Assembly: GCA_963737155.1 (NCBI GenBank)
Contig: CAVTRN010000001.1
Location: forward strand, 1,664,001-1,728,000
Direction: 5' to 3'
From: Nitrospirota bacterium
GTDB lineage: Bacteria; Nitrospirota; UBA9217
Length of the DNA: 64,000 nucleotides
Every line of letters starts with the position of its first letter. Position 1 is the stretch's first letter. Below, in pieces: positions 1-9,319 of the stretch. The position numbers were made by a program, and so were the translations under genes. The notes beneath the pieces were generated by a model. It was not told the DNA's origin, did no database searches, and saw only the letters and a program-made list of their open reading frames with translations.

Positions 1-1
1 C

Positions 2-394
2 GATCCCACAAAATTGATCGAAGTCGTGGAAATCGGAAAACAGTTATTGATGACACGCGGCTCCCTGACGACCTTTTCGATCGCGAATGATGTGGCGAAA
101 TATTTTGCGATCATTCCGGCGCTTTTTGCCGGAACGTTACCGTGGGTGAAAGCGATCGACGTCATGCATCTGCATTCCCCGGTATCGGCCATTCTGTCGG
201 CTGTCATCTTCAACGCGCTTATCATTCCGGTGCTCATCCCGATCGCGCTTAGGGGAGTCAAGTACCAGGCGCTCGGCGCCGATGCTTTGTTACAGAGGAA
301 CCTGCTGATCTGGGGACTGGGAGGCATTATCATTCCCTTTATCGGCATCAAACTGATCGACATGGCCATGGTGACTATGTGCATGGTCAGCTAA
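2..394 (+). CDS. kdpB: K+-transporting ATPase subunit B, C-terminal part (5' end outside window)
   Basis: [40 protein letters not shown] is the conserved KdpB C-terminal signature; kdpC follows. Confidence 0.97.
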   Translation, partial: DPTKLIEVVEIGKQLLMTRGSLTTFSIANDVAKYFAIIPALFAGTLPWVKAIDVMHLHSPVSAILSAVIFNALIIPVLIPIALRGVKYQALGADALLQRNLLIWGLGGIIIPFIGIKLIDMAMVTMCMVS

Positions 395-423
395 CGCTTG
401 AAGGATTTAAGGAGGACATATAC

Positions 424-1443
424 ATGAAACAATATATTTCGAAGGGTAGCTTGCTGCTGTCAGTCTCAGTGATCATCAGCTGCATCCTCTATCCGATGGT
501 ACTATGGGTGATAGGACAGACCATCTTTCCCTTTCAGGCCAACGGCAGCCTGCTGGAAGGTCCTGATGGAACCGTAGTGGGATCGAAGCTCGTTGCCCAG
601 CCATTTACGAAGGACGAGTATTTTCAACCCCGCCCCTCGGCGGCGTCTTACGATGCGTCTGCCTCGGCCTCGTCGGCCCTCGCTGCCTCCAACTATGCGC
701 TGCGCGACAGGGTCGCCCGCTCGCTCGGTCCGATCGTAAAATATAAAAGCGGACCCAAGGCCGGCCAGCTGGCAGCGCCCGATATCGAGCAGTGGTTCCA
801 AAAGGACATTTTCCAGGGCAACCCGCACATCGTCTCTCAGTGGGCTGACCTGCACAACTCCCTTGCTCAGGCCTGGGTCGGTGCTGACCCGAAAAACGGT
901 GCTTATGTGGACGATTGGGCAAAGGTGCACCCCTCTGTAGTAGCCCAGTTCATTAAGGACAATCCGGCAACACCTCAGCCAAAGGCAGCTGATCTGGCCG
1001 TCGTATTCTTCAAGGACTTCTCAGCGGAGCATCCCGGACAGTTCCCTTCAGCCGTGACCAAAACGGGGCCCGACGGCAAGCCACAGACGACGATAGAGCC
1101 GGTCAAGGAGGGTTCTGACATTCAGTCGATTTTCTTTGACATGTGGCGGCAGGACCATCCGGATGCGGACCTTCAGGATGTTCCCGGTGACCTCGTAACC
1201 GCATCCGGTTCCGGGCTTGACCCGCATATCACGCTTCAGAACGCAGAGTTTCAGCTCGATCGGGTAGCCACCAAATGGGCGGCTGACCTGAAACGTGATC
1301 CGTTGGCAGTCCGAAACGAGGTCGAGCAGATATTACAGAGGAATGCCTCGGCTCCGTTTGGAGGACTGGCGGGTGAGAAGTTTGTTAACGTGCTTGAAAT
1401 CAATCTCGAACTTCGCAAGCTCTACGGGGCGCCGTCGTCATAG
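424..1443 (+). CDS. kdpC: K+-transporting ATPase subunit C with large internal insertion (339 aa)
   Basis: FPFQANGSL, YFQPRPSA, DLVTASGSGLDPHIT and VNVLEINLEL motifs; AGGAGG SD before ATG 424. Confidence 0.93.
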   Translation: MKQYISKGSLLLSVSVIISCILYPMVLWVIGQTIFPFQANGSLLEGPDGTVVGSKLVAQPFTKDEYFQPRPSAASYDASASASSALAASNYALRDRVARSLGPIVKYKSGPKAGQLAAPDIEQWFQKDIFQGNPHIVSQWADLHNSLAQAWVGADPKNGAYVDDWAKVHPSVVAQFIKDNPATPQPKAADLAVVFFKDFSAEHPGQFPSAVTKTGPDGKPQTTIEPVKEGSDIQSIFFDMWRQDHPDADLQDVPGDLVTASGSGLDPHITLQNAEFQLDRVATKWAADLKRDPLAVRNEVEQILQRNASAPFGGLAGEKFVNVLEINLELRKLYGAPSS

Positions 1444-1470
1444 CCTCACAACAGCAGAGATGATATGAAT

Positions 1471-1518
1471 GAGGTGATCCGCATCCGCACCGGCTAGCGC
1501 GGCGAGATGATAATGTAA
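1471..1518 (+). pseudogene. glnB: 3' remnant of PII regulator gene (glnB/glnK)
   Basis: Translates EVIRIRTG*RGEMIM*, the PII C-terminus (EVIRIRTGERGEEAI) with GAG->TAG; lies upstream of glnA as in glnB-glnA operons. Confidence 0.75.
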
Positions 1519-1637
1519 CGATGGTAGTAAAATAAGGGGCGAGGGATGAGAGACGGGGGACTGATAAAATCGTTTGTAGTCCGACCGAAGAGATCGCCCT
1601 TGCTCCATTGTAATTCAATTAAAGAGGAGGAAGCAAC

Positions 1638-3053
1638 ATGGCGACACCCAACGATGTATTGAAGCTGGCAAAAGAAAACAACGCAATGATGGTGGACTTC
1701 AAATTCATGGACTACCCAGGGCTGTGGCAGCACTTCTCTGCGCCGCTTGCCGAACTTACCGAGGCCGTTTTTGAAGACGGGCTCGGGTTCGATGGCTCAA
1801 GTATCCGCGGTTGGCAGGCCATCCATGCGAGCGACATGCTCGTGGTCCCGGATGCGGAAACTGCGGTGATGGACCCTTTTACCAAGTACTCCACGCTCTC
1901 GCTTATCTGCAACATCGTAGACCCCATCACCAAGGAGCGCTATAGCCGCGACCCGCGCCATATCGCACAGAAGGCGGAAGCCTATCTGAAATCTACCGGC
2001 ATCGGTGACACAAGTTACATGGGTCCTGAACCTGAATTCTTCATCTTCGATGATGTCCGCTTCGACCAGAATTCCCACGAGGGCTACTATCACATTGACA
2101 GCGTGGAAGGTATCTGGAACAGTGGCCGCGTTGAAAATCCAAATCTGGGCTATAAGCCCCGCCATAAGGAGGGCTACTTCCCGGTGCCTCCGATCGATAG
2201 CCAGGAAGATATCCGCACCGAGATGGTTGAGGAAATGCAAAAGGTCGGGATCTATGTAGAAAAACAGCACCACGAAGTTGCAACCGCAGGCCAGGCCGAG
2301 ATCGACATGCGCTTCAGCCCACTGGTCAAAATGGCAGACCATCTCATGTATTTCAAGTACATTATTAAGAACGTGGCGAAGAGACACAACAAAACTGTGA
2401 CTTTCATGCCCAAACCGCTCTTCGGCGACAACGGCTCAGGCATGCACACCCACCAGTCCATCTGGAAGGGTGGCAAGCCCCTTTTCGCCGGCGACCAATA
2501 TGCTGGAATGTCCCAGCTTGCGCTCTATTATATCGGCGGCATTCTGAAGCACGCAAAAGTAATCGCGGCTTTCACGAACCCTACGACGAACTCCTACAAG
2601 CGCCTGACGCCAGGATTCGAAGCGCCGGTAAACCTGGCTTACTCCAGCCGGAACCGTTCCGCTTCCGTTCGCATCCCGATGTACAGCCCGAGCCCCAAAG
2701 CAAAACGCATCGAAGTAAGATTCCCCGATCCGTCGTGCAACCCCTATCTCGCCTTCGCAGCCATGCTCATGGCCGGTCTGGATGGTATCGAAAACAAGAT
2801 CGATCCAGGCCAGCCGCTCGACAAGGATATCTACGATATGGCGCCCGAAGAACTAGCCAATGTGCCGTCCATGCCCGGTTCGCTCGACGAGGCGCTCAAC
2901 AACCTCGAAGCGGATCACGCTTTCCTAATGAAGGGTGACGTGTTCACCAAGGACGCCATCGAGATGTGGCTAGAGTATAAGAGGACCAAAGAAGTGGATG
3001 CCCTCCGTCTCCGGCCCCATCCCTATGAATTTTTTCTGTACTACGACATCTAA
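1638..3053 (+). CDS. glnA: Glutamine synthetase type I
   Basis: [52 protein letters not shown]; adenylylation-site Tyr in DKDIYDM; GAGGAGG SD. Confidence 0.99.
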   Translation: MATPNDVLKLAKENNAMMVDFKFMDYPGLWQHFSAPLAELTEAVFEDGLGFDGSSIRGWQAIHASDMLVVPDAETAVMDPFTKYSTLSLICNIVDPITKERYSRDPRHIAQKAEAYLKSTGIGDTSYMGPEPEFFIFDDVRFDQNSHEGYYHIDSVEGIWNSGRVENPNLGYKPRHKEGYFPVPPIDSQEDIRTEMVEEMQKVGIYVEKQHHEVATAGQAEIDMRFSPLVKMADHLMYFKYIIKNVAKRHNKTVTFMPKPLFGDNGSGMHTHQSIWKGGKPLFAGDQYAGMSQLALYYIGGILKHAKVIAAFTNPTTNSYKRLTPGFEAPVNLAYSSRNRSASVRIPMYSPSPKAKRIEVRFPDPSCNPYLAFAAMLMAGLDGIENKIDPGQPLDKDIYDMAPEELANVPSMPGSLDEALNNLEADHAFLMKGDVFTKDAIEMWLEYKRTKEVDALRLRPHPYEFFLYYDI

Positions 3054-3077
3054 GAGCAGCCCTATACCGCACAAACG

Positions 3078-3114
3078 AAACCGGAGCCTCTTCAAAGGGG
3101 TCCCGGTTTTTTTT
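3078..3114 (+). terminator. Rho-independent terminator after glnA
   Basis: AAACCGGAGCCTCTT-CA-AAGGGGTCCCGGTTTTTTTT hairpin plus T tract. Confidence 0.85.
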
Positions 3115-3443
3115 ATGACGGCAATGCATATATCATCATCGCCGGAATATTTTACAAATAATTACTACAAGCTTCCCGCTGTCTTATTCCACCGAATATA
3201 GCTGATGTTACTTGCCATTTTGCTAAAAAGTGCCTTTATAAAATATTAATGTTTTGACTGCAATTTTAGCAGAATATTTATGCCACTTGTGTTTATAGTT
3301 AAACAATGCAAAGGAGGTTGTTCGCTGCAGCTCAGTGAGGAGCCATCAGATTTAAAGCAGGGACCCGGGCTGAAACATCTTTGCTTTTTCTCTCAAACAA
3401 ATTGTCATGAGCTGTTATTTGAAATTGCATTGAGGTGAACCAA

Positions 3444-5102
3444 ATGAGACACGTAAATGTACTGAAGCCTGCAAAAGAGAACAAACCTAGAATGGTGGAT
3501 TTTAAGCTCAAGGATTACCCCGGATTGCAGCGGCATTTCTCCGACCCCGTAGAAAAGTTGAACGAGGTTATCTTTGAAGAAGGCCTCGGGTTCGACGTCG
3601 CCAATATCCGTGGCTGGCAGGCCATCCACACGAGCGCCATGAAGGATGAGCAGTTTCGCACACCCCTGTTTGACGCAATGGTCAATCTTGCGGAAAGCCG
3701 CAAGGTTTCCTTTCATACCCCCGGTCATAAAAGCGGGAAAGGCATATCCACCCGGTTCCGCGAATTCGTGGGACCGCGCATTTTTACCATCGATTTGACG
3801 ACCCTTGACGAAGTAGACTCCTTGCAAAACCCCACCGGCGTAATCAAGGAAGCCCAGGAACTGGCCGCCAAAGCAGCAGGTGCCGACCGCTCTTACTTTC
3901 TCGTGAACGGAACGACTGTGGGTAACCATGCTATGGTGGCTTGCACGACCGGCCCCGGGGACAAGGTTCTGATAGCCAGAAACTGCCACCGTTCAGTGCT
4001 TACCGGTCTTATCATGAGCGGCGCCCAGCCAATCTTTTTCCAGCCAGCCTTTAGCCGGGACTTGAAGCTCACCCTGAACGTCACATTCGAGACCGCGAAG
4101 CAGGCCATTGACGCAAACCCGGACGCCCGCGCTCTTCTGATCACTAGCCCGAACTACTACGGTCTCTGCGCAGACATTGAAAAAATAATTCCCTACGCTC
4201 ACGAGAAGGGTCTTTTCGTGTGCGTGGACGAAGCGCATGGTCCTCATCTGAAGTTCAACCCCAAGCTCCCCAAATGCGCCCTTGATGCCGGCGCCGACCT
4301 CTGCGTCCAATCAACCCACAAGATCGTCGGCGGTATGACACAGGCGTCAATGCTGCATGCAAAAACAGGCAGAATCAATATCGATGACGTGACGAACACG
4401 TTAAAGCTCCTCCAGACAACGAGCCCCTCCTACATCCTGATGGCGTCTTTGGACCTTGCCCGGATGCAGATGGCGACAGAAGGTAAGACACTCCTCAACC
4501 GTGCCATTAAACTCGCCGAGGAAGCCCGGTCCAAAATCCAAAAAATCAACGGCATCAGCTGCTTTGGTAGAGAGCGGGTGAAAGCCGTCGGCATGGCTGA
4601 CATGGACGTGACGAAACTCATGATCACGGTTTCGGACTTGGGGCTCTCCGGCTACCACGTGTCCCATTTGTTGAATACGAGATTCGGCATCCAGGTCGAG
4701 ATGGCTGACCCTTTCCATGTGCTTGTTATTGTTTCGATCGGCGACCGGCAGGACGACCTCGACCGTCTCGTGGAAGCCCTCCGGCAAATATCGGCGGAGA
4801 CCGGGCCCCAGAGAGCGCGACTGCCGCTGGACAAGGTTCATCCGCCAATGCTTCAGAACCGCTTCGCCATGACCCCGCGTAAGGCTTTCTATTCAGATAG
4901 TGAGTGGGTGCACGTGAATGATTCCGCAGGCAGGGTTTCAACGGAGATCGTGACCGTATACCCCCCGGGCATCCCACTCCTCGTGCCCGGAGAAGAGATC
5001 TCTCAAAATGCCATCGATTACTTCCAGAACATGGCAGGCCTCGGCGCAACCATCGACGGGTTGACTGAAAATGACACGCTCATACGCGTGTCTAAAACCT
5101 AA
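3444..5102 (+). CDS. Orn/Lys/Arg decarboxylase (PLP fold type I) with N-terminal ~65-aa GlnA-derived segment
   Basis: SFHTPGHKSG, LVNGTT, RNCHRS, VDEAHG, VQSTHK (PLP Lys), TTSPSY, YPPGIP; GAGGTG SD before ATG 3444; first 65 codons align with GlnA N-terminus. Confidence 0.92.
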   Translation: MRHVNVLKPAKENKPRMVDFKLKDYPGLQRHFSDPVEKLNEVIFEEGLGFDVANIRGWQAIHTSAMKDEQFRTPLFDAMVNLAESRKVSFHTPGHKSGKGISTRFREFVGPRIFTIDLTTLDEVDSLQNPTGVIKEAQELAAKAAGADRSYFLVNGTTVGNHAMVACTTGPGDKVLIARNCHRSVLTGLIMSGAQPIFFQPAFSRDLKLTLNVTFETAKQAIDANPDARALLITSPNYYGLCADIEKIIPYAHEKGLFVCVDEAHGPHLKFNPKLPKCALDAGADLCVQSTHKIVGGMTQASMLHAKTGRINIDDVTNTLKLLQTTSPSYILMASLDLARMQMATEGKTLLNRAIKLAEEARSKIQKINGISCFGRERVKAVGMADMDVTKLMITVSDLGLSGYHVSHLLNTRFGIQVEMADPFHVLVIVSIGDRQDDLDRLVEALRQISAETGPQRARLPLDKVHPPMLQNRFAMTPRKAFYSDSEWVHVNDSAGRVSTEIVTVYPPGIPLLVPGEEISQNAIDYFQNMAGLGATIDGLTENDTLIRVSKT

Positions 5103-5130
5103 ATCCGGCAAACCATTGAGAAGGACCAAG

Positions 5131-5230
5131 GACACCCAACTATGTACTGAAACTGGCAAAAGAAATAAAACAGAGATGGAGGATTTTAAGTTCGTGGATT
5201 ACCCCGGTTTGTAGCAGCATTTCTCAGTCC
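5131..5230 (+). pseudogene. Degenerate third copy of glnA 5' end
   Basis: GACACCCAACTATGTACTGAAACTGGCAAAAGAAA...GATTACCCCGGTTTGTAGCAGCATTTCTC aligns to glnA from 1643, with a frameshift and TGG->TAG. Confidence 0.85.
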
Positions 5231-5476
5231 ACGCCGAAGTGTACCGCAGCGTTGTTCCAAGCCCTGGGCGTCGGATGGTGGAAACGGACCGATGTGCTCT
5301 CCAAGGATGGCCAGTAACGCACGCAGTAGGTGCTGTCGCAGCGAATGGATTTCTACAATGCCGATGCACTACCATCGGATGCCTATGAGAGTACATCAAA
5401 ACTCGGTACTCACAAGTTAAGTTATTGTTGACCGCTTTATTATTATATTCTTGGAATAGTATTAGTCATGATATTA

Positions 5477-7059
5477 GAGCCTGTTGCATAAATCATTTGA
5501 CATTAATATACGAATAGTATAGTATTGGTCATCACGCATATAAGGAGACGCTGGATGGCCTACAATTTCAAAGACTGTAACCGAGATCAAGTATATCTCA
5601 TGCCGCCCACCTTGCAGGAGTGGCTACCATCCAAGGACCTTGTTTGGCTGGTCCTTGACGTCGTGGCAGAAATGGATCTTACGGCATTCTACCGAAAATA
5701 CCGCCAGGACGGAAAAGGCCAGGCAGCTTTTGAGCCGTCAATGATGGTCTCCCTGCTGTTATATGCCTACAGCCTCGGTATCCGATCATCCCGTGAGATT
5801 GAGAAGCTGTGCGAACGGGACATCGGGTTCAAGGTAATTGCTGCCAACCAGGTTCCGGACCACTGCACCATCAGCCGATTTCGGAAGGACAACGGCCAGG
5901 CACTGGAGGGGCTGTTCAAACAGATGCGCAAGCTCTGCAAGGAAGCCGGGCTCGTCAAAGTCGGCATCGTGGCCCTTGACGGGAGCAAGATAAAGGCTAA
6001 CGCAGCCCTGGAAGCCAACCGCACGTACGAGCATATCGAGCAGGAAGTGAAGAGGATGCTCGATGAAGCGGAGGCCAAGGACACCGAGGAAGACCGGCAG
6101 TACGGCCAAAACAAACGCGGCGATGAACTTCCTGATGAACTTGCCGACCGGACCAGCCGCAGAGCTCGCCTTGCCGCGTGCAAGAAGCGGTTGGAAGAAC
6201 AGGCTGCAGAGGCAGCAGCCGAGCAACAGTCAAAGATCGAAGAACGACAGGCCCAAGAGGCTGAAACCGGCAACAAGAAACGGGGGCGCAAACCTCAGGA
6301 GCCTGATCCGACGCCATCGTCGGAAGCGAAGGCCAATATGACCGATCCGGACAGCAGGATCATGAAAACCCGAAGCGGATATGTTCAGGGCTACAACAGC
6401 CAGGCCGTGGTCACCAAGGAGCAGATCATCATCGCCGCCGAGGTCACGAACCAGGAAAACGACATCAACCAGCTGCATCCCATGATCCAGAAGGCTCAGG
6501 AGAGCTTAAACGAGATCGCCCTGCAAAAAGAACTGAAGATCGAAATATCTCTGAGCGATGCCGGCTACGCAAGTGAGAAGAACTTTGCGGCCATCACTCC
6601 CGACGGTCCCGAACATCTTATCGCAACCAAGAAAGACTGGAAGCAACGTAAAGAGGCCGCCGCATCATCCCCGCCCCAAGGGAGGATACCAAAAAGCCTG
6701 ACACTCCGGCAGAGGATGGAGAGGAAGCTCCTGACCAAGCGGGGCAGAGAGCTTTATAAGAAACGAGGCCAGACCGTCGAACCGATCTTTGGCCAGATTA
6801 AAGACAATCGCGGCATCCGGCACTACATGCGCCGAGGGCTTGAAGCCTGCTCCCAGGAATGGAAACTCATCTGCACGACGCACAATCTCTTGAAGCTTTG
6901 GCGAAGCGGCAAAGGGATTGCGGCCCAGATGGCAGTATAAAGAACGAAAACGACAGCTGATTCATGCCGTGTGCTTCGCAGAGATACCCCATTTGCAGTC
7001 TGGCACTATCCCATATGGGCGATCATAAACGGCTACGCTGGCATTTGAGCAACAAGCTC
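5477..7059 (+). mobile_element. IS1182-family insertion sequence, copy 1 (1583 bp)
   Basis: Terminal IRs GAGCCTGTTGCATAAAT / ATTTGAGCAACAAGCTC; 4-bp TSD ATTA at 5473-5476 and 7060-7063. Confidence 0.95.
5555..6940 (+). CDS. IS1182-family DDE transposase
   Basis: SSREIE, PDHCTISRFR, ALDGSKIKANA, TDPDSRIMK, DAGY, VEPIFGQIK motifs; AAGGAG SD. Confidence 0.95.
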   Translation: MAYNFKDCNRDQVYLMPPTLQEWLPSKDLVWLVLDVVAEMDLTAFYRKYRQDGKGQAAFEPSMMVSLLLYAYSLGIRSSREIEKLCERDIGFKVIAANQVPDHCTISRFRKDNGQALEGLFKQMRKLCKEAGLVKVGIVALDGSKIKANAALEANRTYEHIEQEVKRMLDEAEAKDTEEDRQYGQNKRGDELPDELADRTSRRARLAACKKRLEEQAAEAAAEQQSKIEERQAQEAETGNKKRGRKPQEPDPTPSSEAKANMTDPDSRIMKTRSGYVQGYNSQAVVTKEQIIIAAEVTNQENDINQLHPMIQKAQESLNEIALQKELKIEISLSDAGYASEKNFAAITPDGPEHLIATKKDWKQRKEAAASSPPQGRIPKSLTLRQRMERKLLTKRGRELYKKRGQTVEPIFGQIKDNRGIRHYMRRGLEACSQEWKLICTTHNLLKLWRSGKGIAAQMAV

Positions 7060-7232
7060 ATTAATGTATTTAAAGCGGTTGATGACCATGGTGTAAGTAA
7101 GAACATGAATTCTTTATCATCTGCAACTTAATGTCCGCTTTTTCGTTCCCCTTGCAACGCAGACTAATTTTTGCAAAACTGTGGGCTTACGGTCTCATAT
7201 GTAATTTTCAATCAGTAGTCTGTATAGATAAT

Positions 7233-7253
7233 TTGTCAACACGGCTGCAAGCT
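7233..7253 (+). repeat. 21-bp direct repeat, copy 1 (TTGTCAACACGGCTGCAAGCT)
   Basis: Identical to 9173-9193; similarity extends to GATA upstream and TAGGTGT downstream. Confidence 0.9.
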
Positions 7254-7416
7254 AGTAGGTGTTGATGTGATAGACATATTTTTTGACGGGGTGTAGAATA
7301 GTAGTTGTAGCATGCGATACGACCTCTTTCTTGTAGTTATTGTCGTTTAAATTCTTAGAAAAATACCTGATCTAAATGAAATATGACAACTGGGAATAGA
7401 TAACGAGGTATTCACA

Positions 7417-8199
7417 ATGCGGAATAAAACAGCCCTAATAACGGGTGCCTCAAGCGGTATCGGTTATGAAATCGCAAAAATCCTAGCAAAGGATAGCGAT
7501 ATCCTTGTGCTGGTATCGAGAAAACGAGAACGACTCCTTGAAGTGAAAAGGGAACTAGAGAATTACGCCCCTGTGTCCGTGAAGGTAATCGTCAAAGATC
7601 TTTCGCAGCCGGGAGCGGTGGAGGACATTTACCGCGAGCTTGAGAGTGAGAAGATCAGCGTGGATATCCTGATCAATAATGCAGGTGTCGGTCATTTGGG
7701 CTCATTCACCGAAACAGATTGGCGGCACGATGCCGATATCATTGCGACAAACATCACGGCGTTGACGCATATGACAAAGCTCTTTGTAAAAGATATGATT
7801 GCGCGAAAAAAAGGAAGAATCATGAACGTGGCATCGACAGCAGCGTTCCAGCCAGGGCCACTCATGGCCGTCTACTATGCCTCAAAAGCCTATGTACTGT
7901 CCTTTTCTGAGGCAATTGCAAATGAGCTTCGAGGCACCGGTGTTACCATCACGGCACTTTGTCCCGGTCCAACGGCCACGAATTTTGCCAAAGTTGCCGA
8001 CATGGAGCGATCAAAGCTTTTCATGCTCAAGCCTCCCGCATCGGCAATGGACGTTGCGCATTATGGCTACGACGCAATGATGAAAGGAAAGACCGTTGCT
8101 GTACATGGCGCGGTAAACAAGATCATAGCCTTCAGTGTAAGGCTTTCGCCAAGAAAACTTTTATCCCTTATCTCGCGCCGCTTGAATGAGAAGAACTGA
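7417..8199 (+). CDS. SDR family oxidoreductase (DltE-like)
   Basis: TGASSGIG, NNAG, YYASK catalytic motif. Confidence 0.95.
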   Translation: MRNKTALITGASSGIGYEIAKILAKDSDILVLVSRKRERLLEVKRELENYAPVSVKVIVKDLSQPGAVEDIYRELESEKISVDILINNAGVGHLGSFTETDWRHDADIIATNITALTHMTKLFVKDMIARKKGRIMNVASTAAFQPGPLMAVYYASKAYVLSFSEAIANELRGTGVTITALCPGPTATNFAKVADMERSKLFMLKPPASAMDVAHYGYDAMMKGKTVAVHGAVNKIIAFSVRLSPRKLLSLISRRLNEKN

Positions 8200-8229
8200 G
8201 TATTGCAATTAGTTAAGAAGGAGGTAAAC

Positions 8230-8823
8230 ATGCGTGTTGTCGTAATCGGGGCTACAGGCACCATCGGTAAAGCAGTCGTGGCGGCACTCGATCGTGATCA
8301 CGAAGTGCTACCCATCAGCCGGAATTCGAAAATTCGTGTGGACATCACCGATCCAGAATCCATTCGCACAATGTACAAGACGATTGGTGCGATTGATGCG
8401 GTCATCAGTGCGACTGGCCAGGCGCGCTTCGCGCCACTGATGCAGCTAACGGATGCGGATTTTCAGTTCTCGCTAAATAACAAGCTCATGGGGCAGGTGA
8501 ACCTGGTCCGTTTCGGCATGGACTCGATGCGCGATCACGGCTGCTTTACGCTTACCAGCGGCATTCTGGCGCGATCCCCGATGAAAGGGAGCGGTGTGAT
8601 CAGCTTAGTGAACGCCGGATTAGAGGGGTTCGTCCGCGTGGCCGCGCTCGAAGCGCCCCGTGGCATCCGGGTTAACATAGTCAGTCCGCCATGGATAACC
8701 GACACACTCCGGGCGCTCGGTATGGATCCGTCACACGGCCTCTCCCCTGAGGCCGCCTCCAAGCTCTATGTGCAAAGCCTTGGCGGAAATCAGTCCGGCG
8801 TCGTTATCGAAGCAACTGTTTGA
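8230..8823 (+). CDS. Short-chain dehydrogenase (atypical SDR)
   Basis: IGATGTIG, NKLMGQVNL, FTLTSG, RGIRVNIVSP; GGAGG SD. Confidence 0.9.
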   Translation: MRVVVIGATGTIGKAVVAALDRDHEVLPISRNSKIRVDITDPESIRTMYKTIGAIDAVISATGQARFAPLMQLTDADFQFSLNNKLMGQVNLVRFGMDSMRDHGCFTLTSGILARSPMKGSGVISLVNAGLEGFVRVAALEAPRGIRVNIVSPPWITDTLRALGMDPSHGLSPEAASKLYVQSLGGNQSGVVIEATV

Positions 8824-9172
8824 GTAATACTACATCTGTAAAAAAGAATTCTGCTGACGTGTTAAAAGTTGCGCTCGATAAGAACCTGATATGAAGGAAA
8901 AACAAAAAAAGACACTATAACTTCTAATTGGCGTATTCCTACTTCTAGTATTTACATAGTTCTTGATAGTGCTTAATCTGTAAAAATTATCCGGAAGATA
9001 TGATTGGAATCCACTTAGATCGCCAGCTCTGATAGAATTCCTCATATTTGATGTCATTGTTATTGTGCCTTTCGTTATATTAACAATGATTGCAGGGAAA
9101 TATCTCATTATAATAAAAATGATTAGCATGTCACTCGTATGCAATTATCACCTAGAATATTGCATTGATACA

Positions 9173-9193
9173 TTGTCAACACGGCTGCAAGCT
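9173..9193 (+). repeat. 21-bp direct repeat, copy 2
   Basis: Identical to 7233-7253. Confidence 0.9.
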
Positions 9194-9319
9194 TATAGGT
9201 GTAGTCGATGGATGTCATTAGCCGAATGAAGTAAAGATTATCAGTTGAAACATTCAGTGCTCACTTCTTTCCGTATTCCGTATCATTTAGGCCGTCCTAT
9301 TTTCTGCTTTATCTTACAT

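Noticed and set aside
379-423. Earlier kdpC start at 379
   Set aside because: A strong AGGAGG SD precedes ATG 424 instead
7249-7261. AAGCTAGTAGGTG (also TAGTAGGTG near 21700) as an empty target of the IS1111 element
   Set aside because: Only the right half matches the guides; compatible with chance
8830-9144. 104-aa minus-strand ORF
   Set aside because: AT-rich, no SD or recognisable domain
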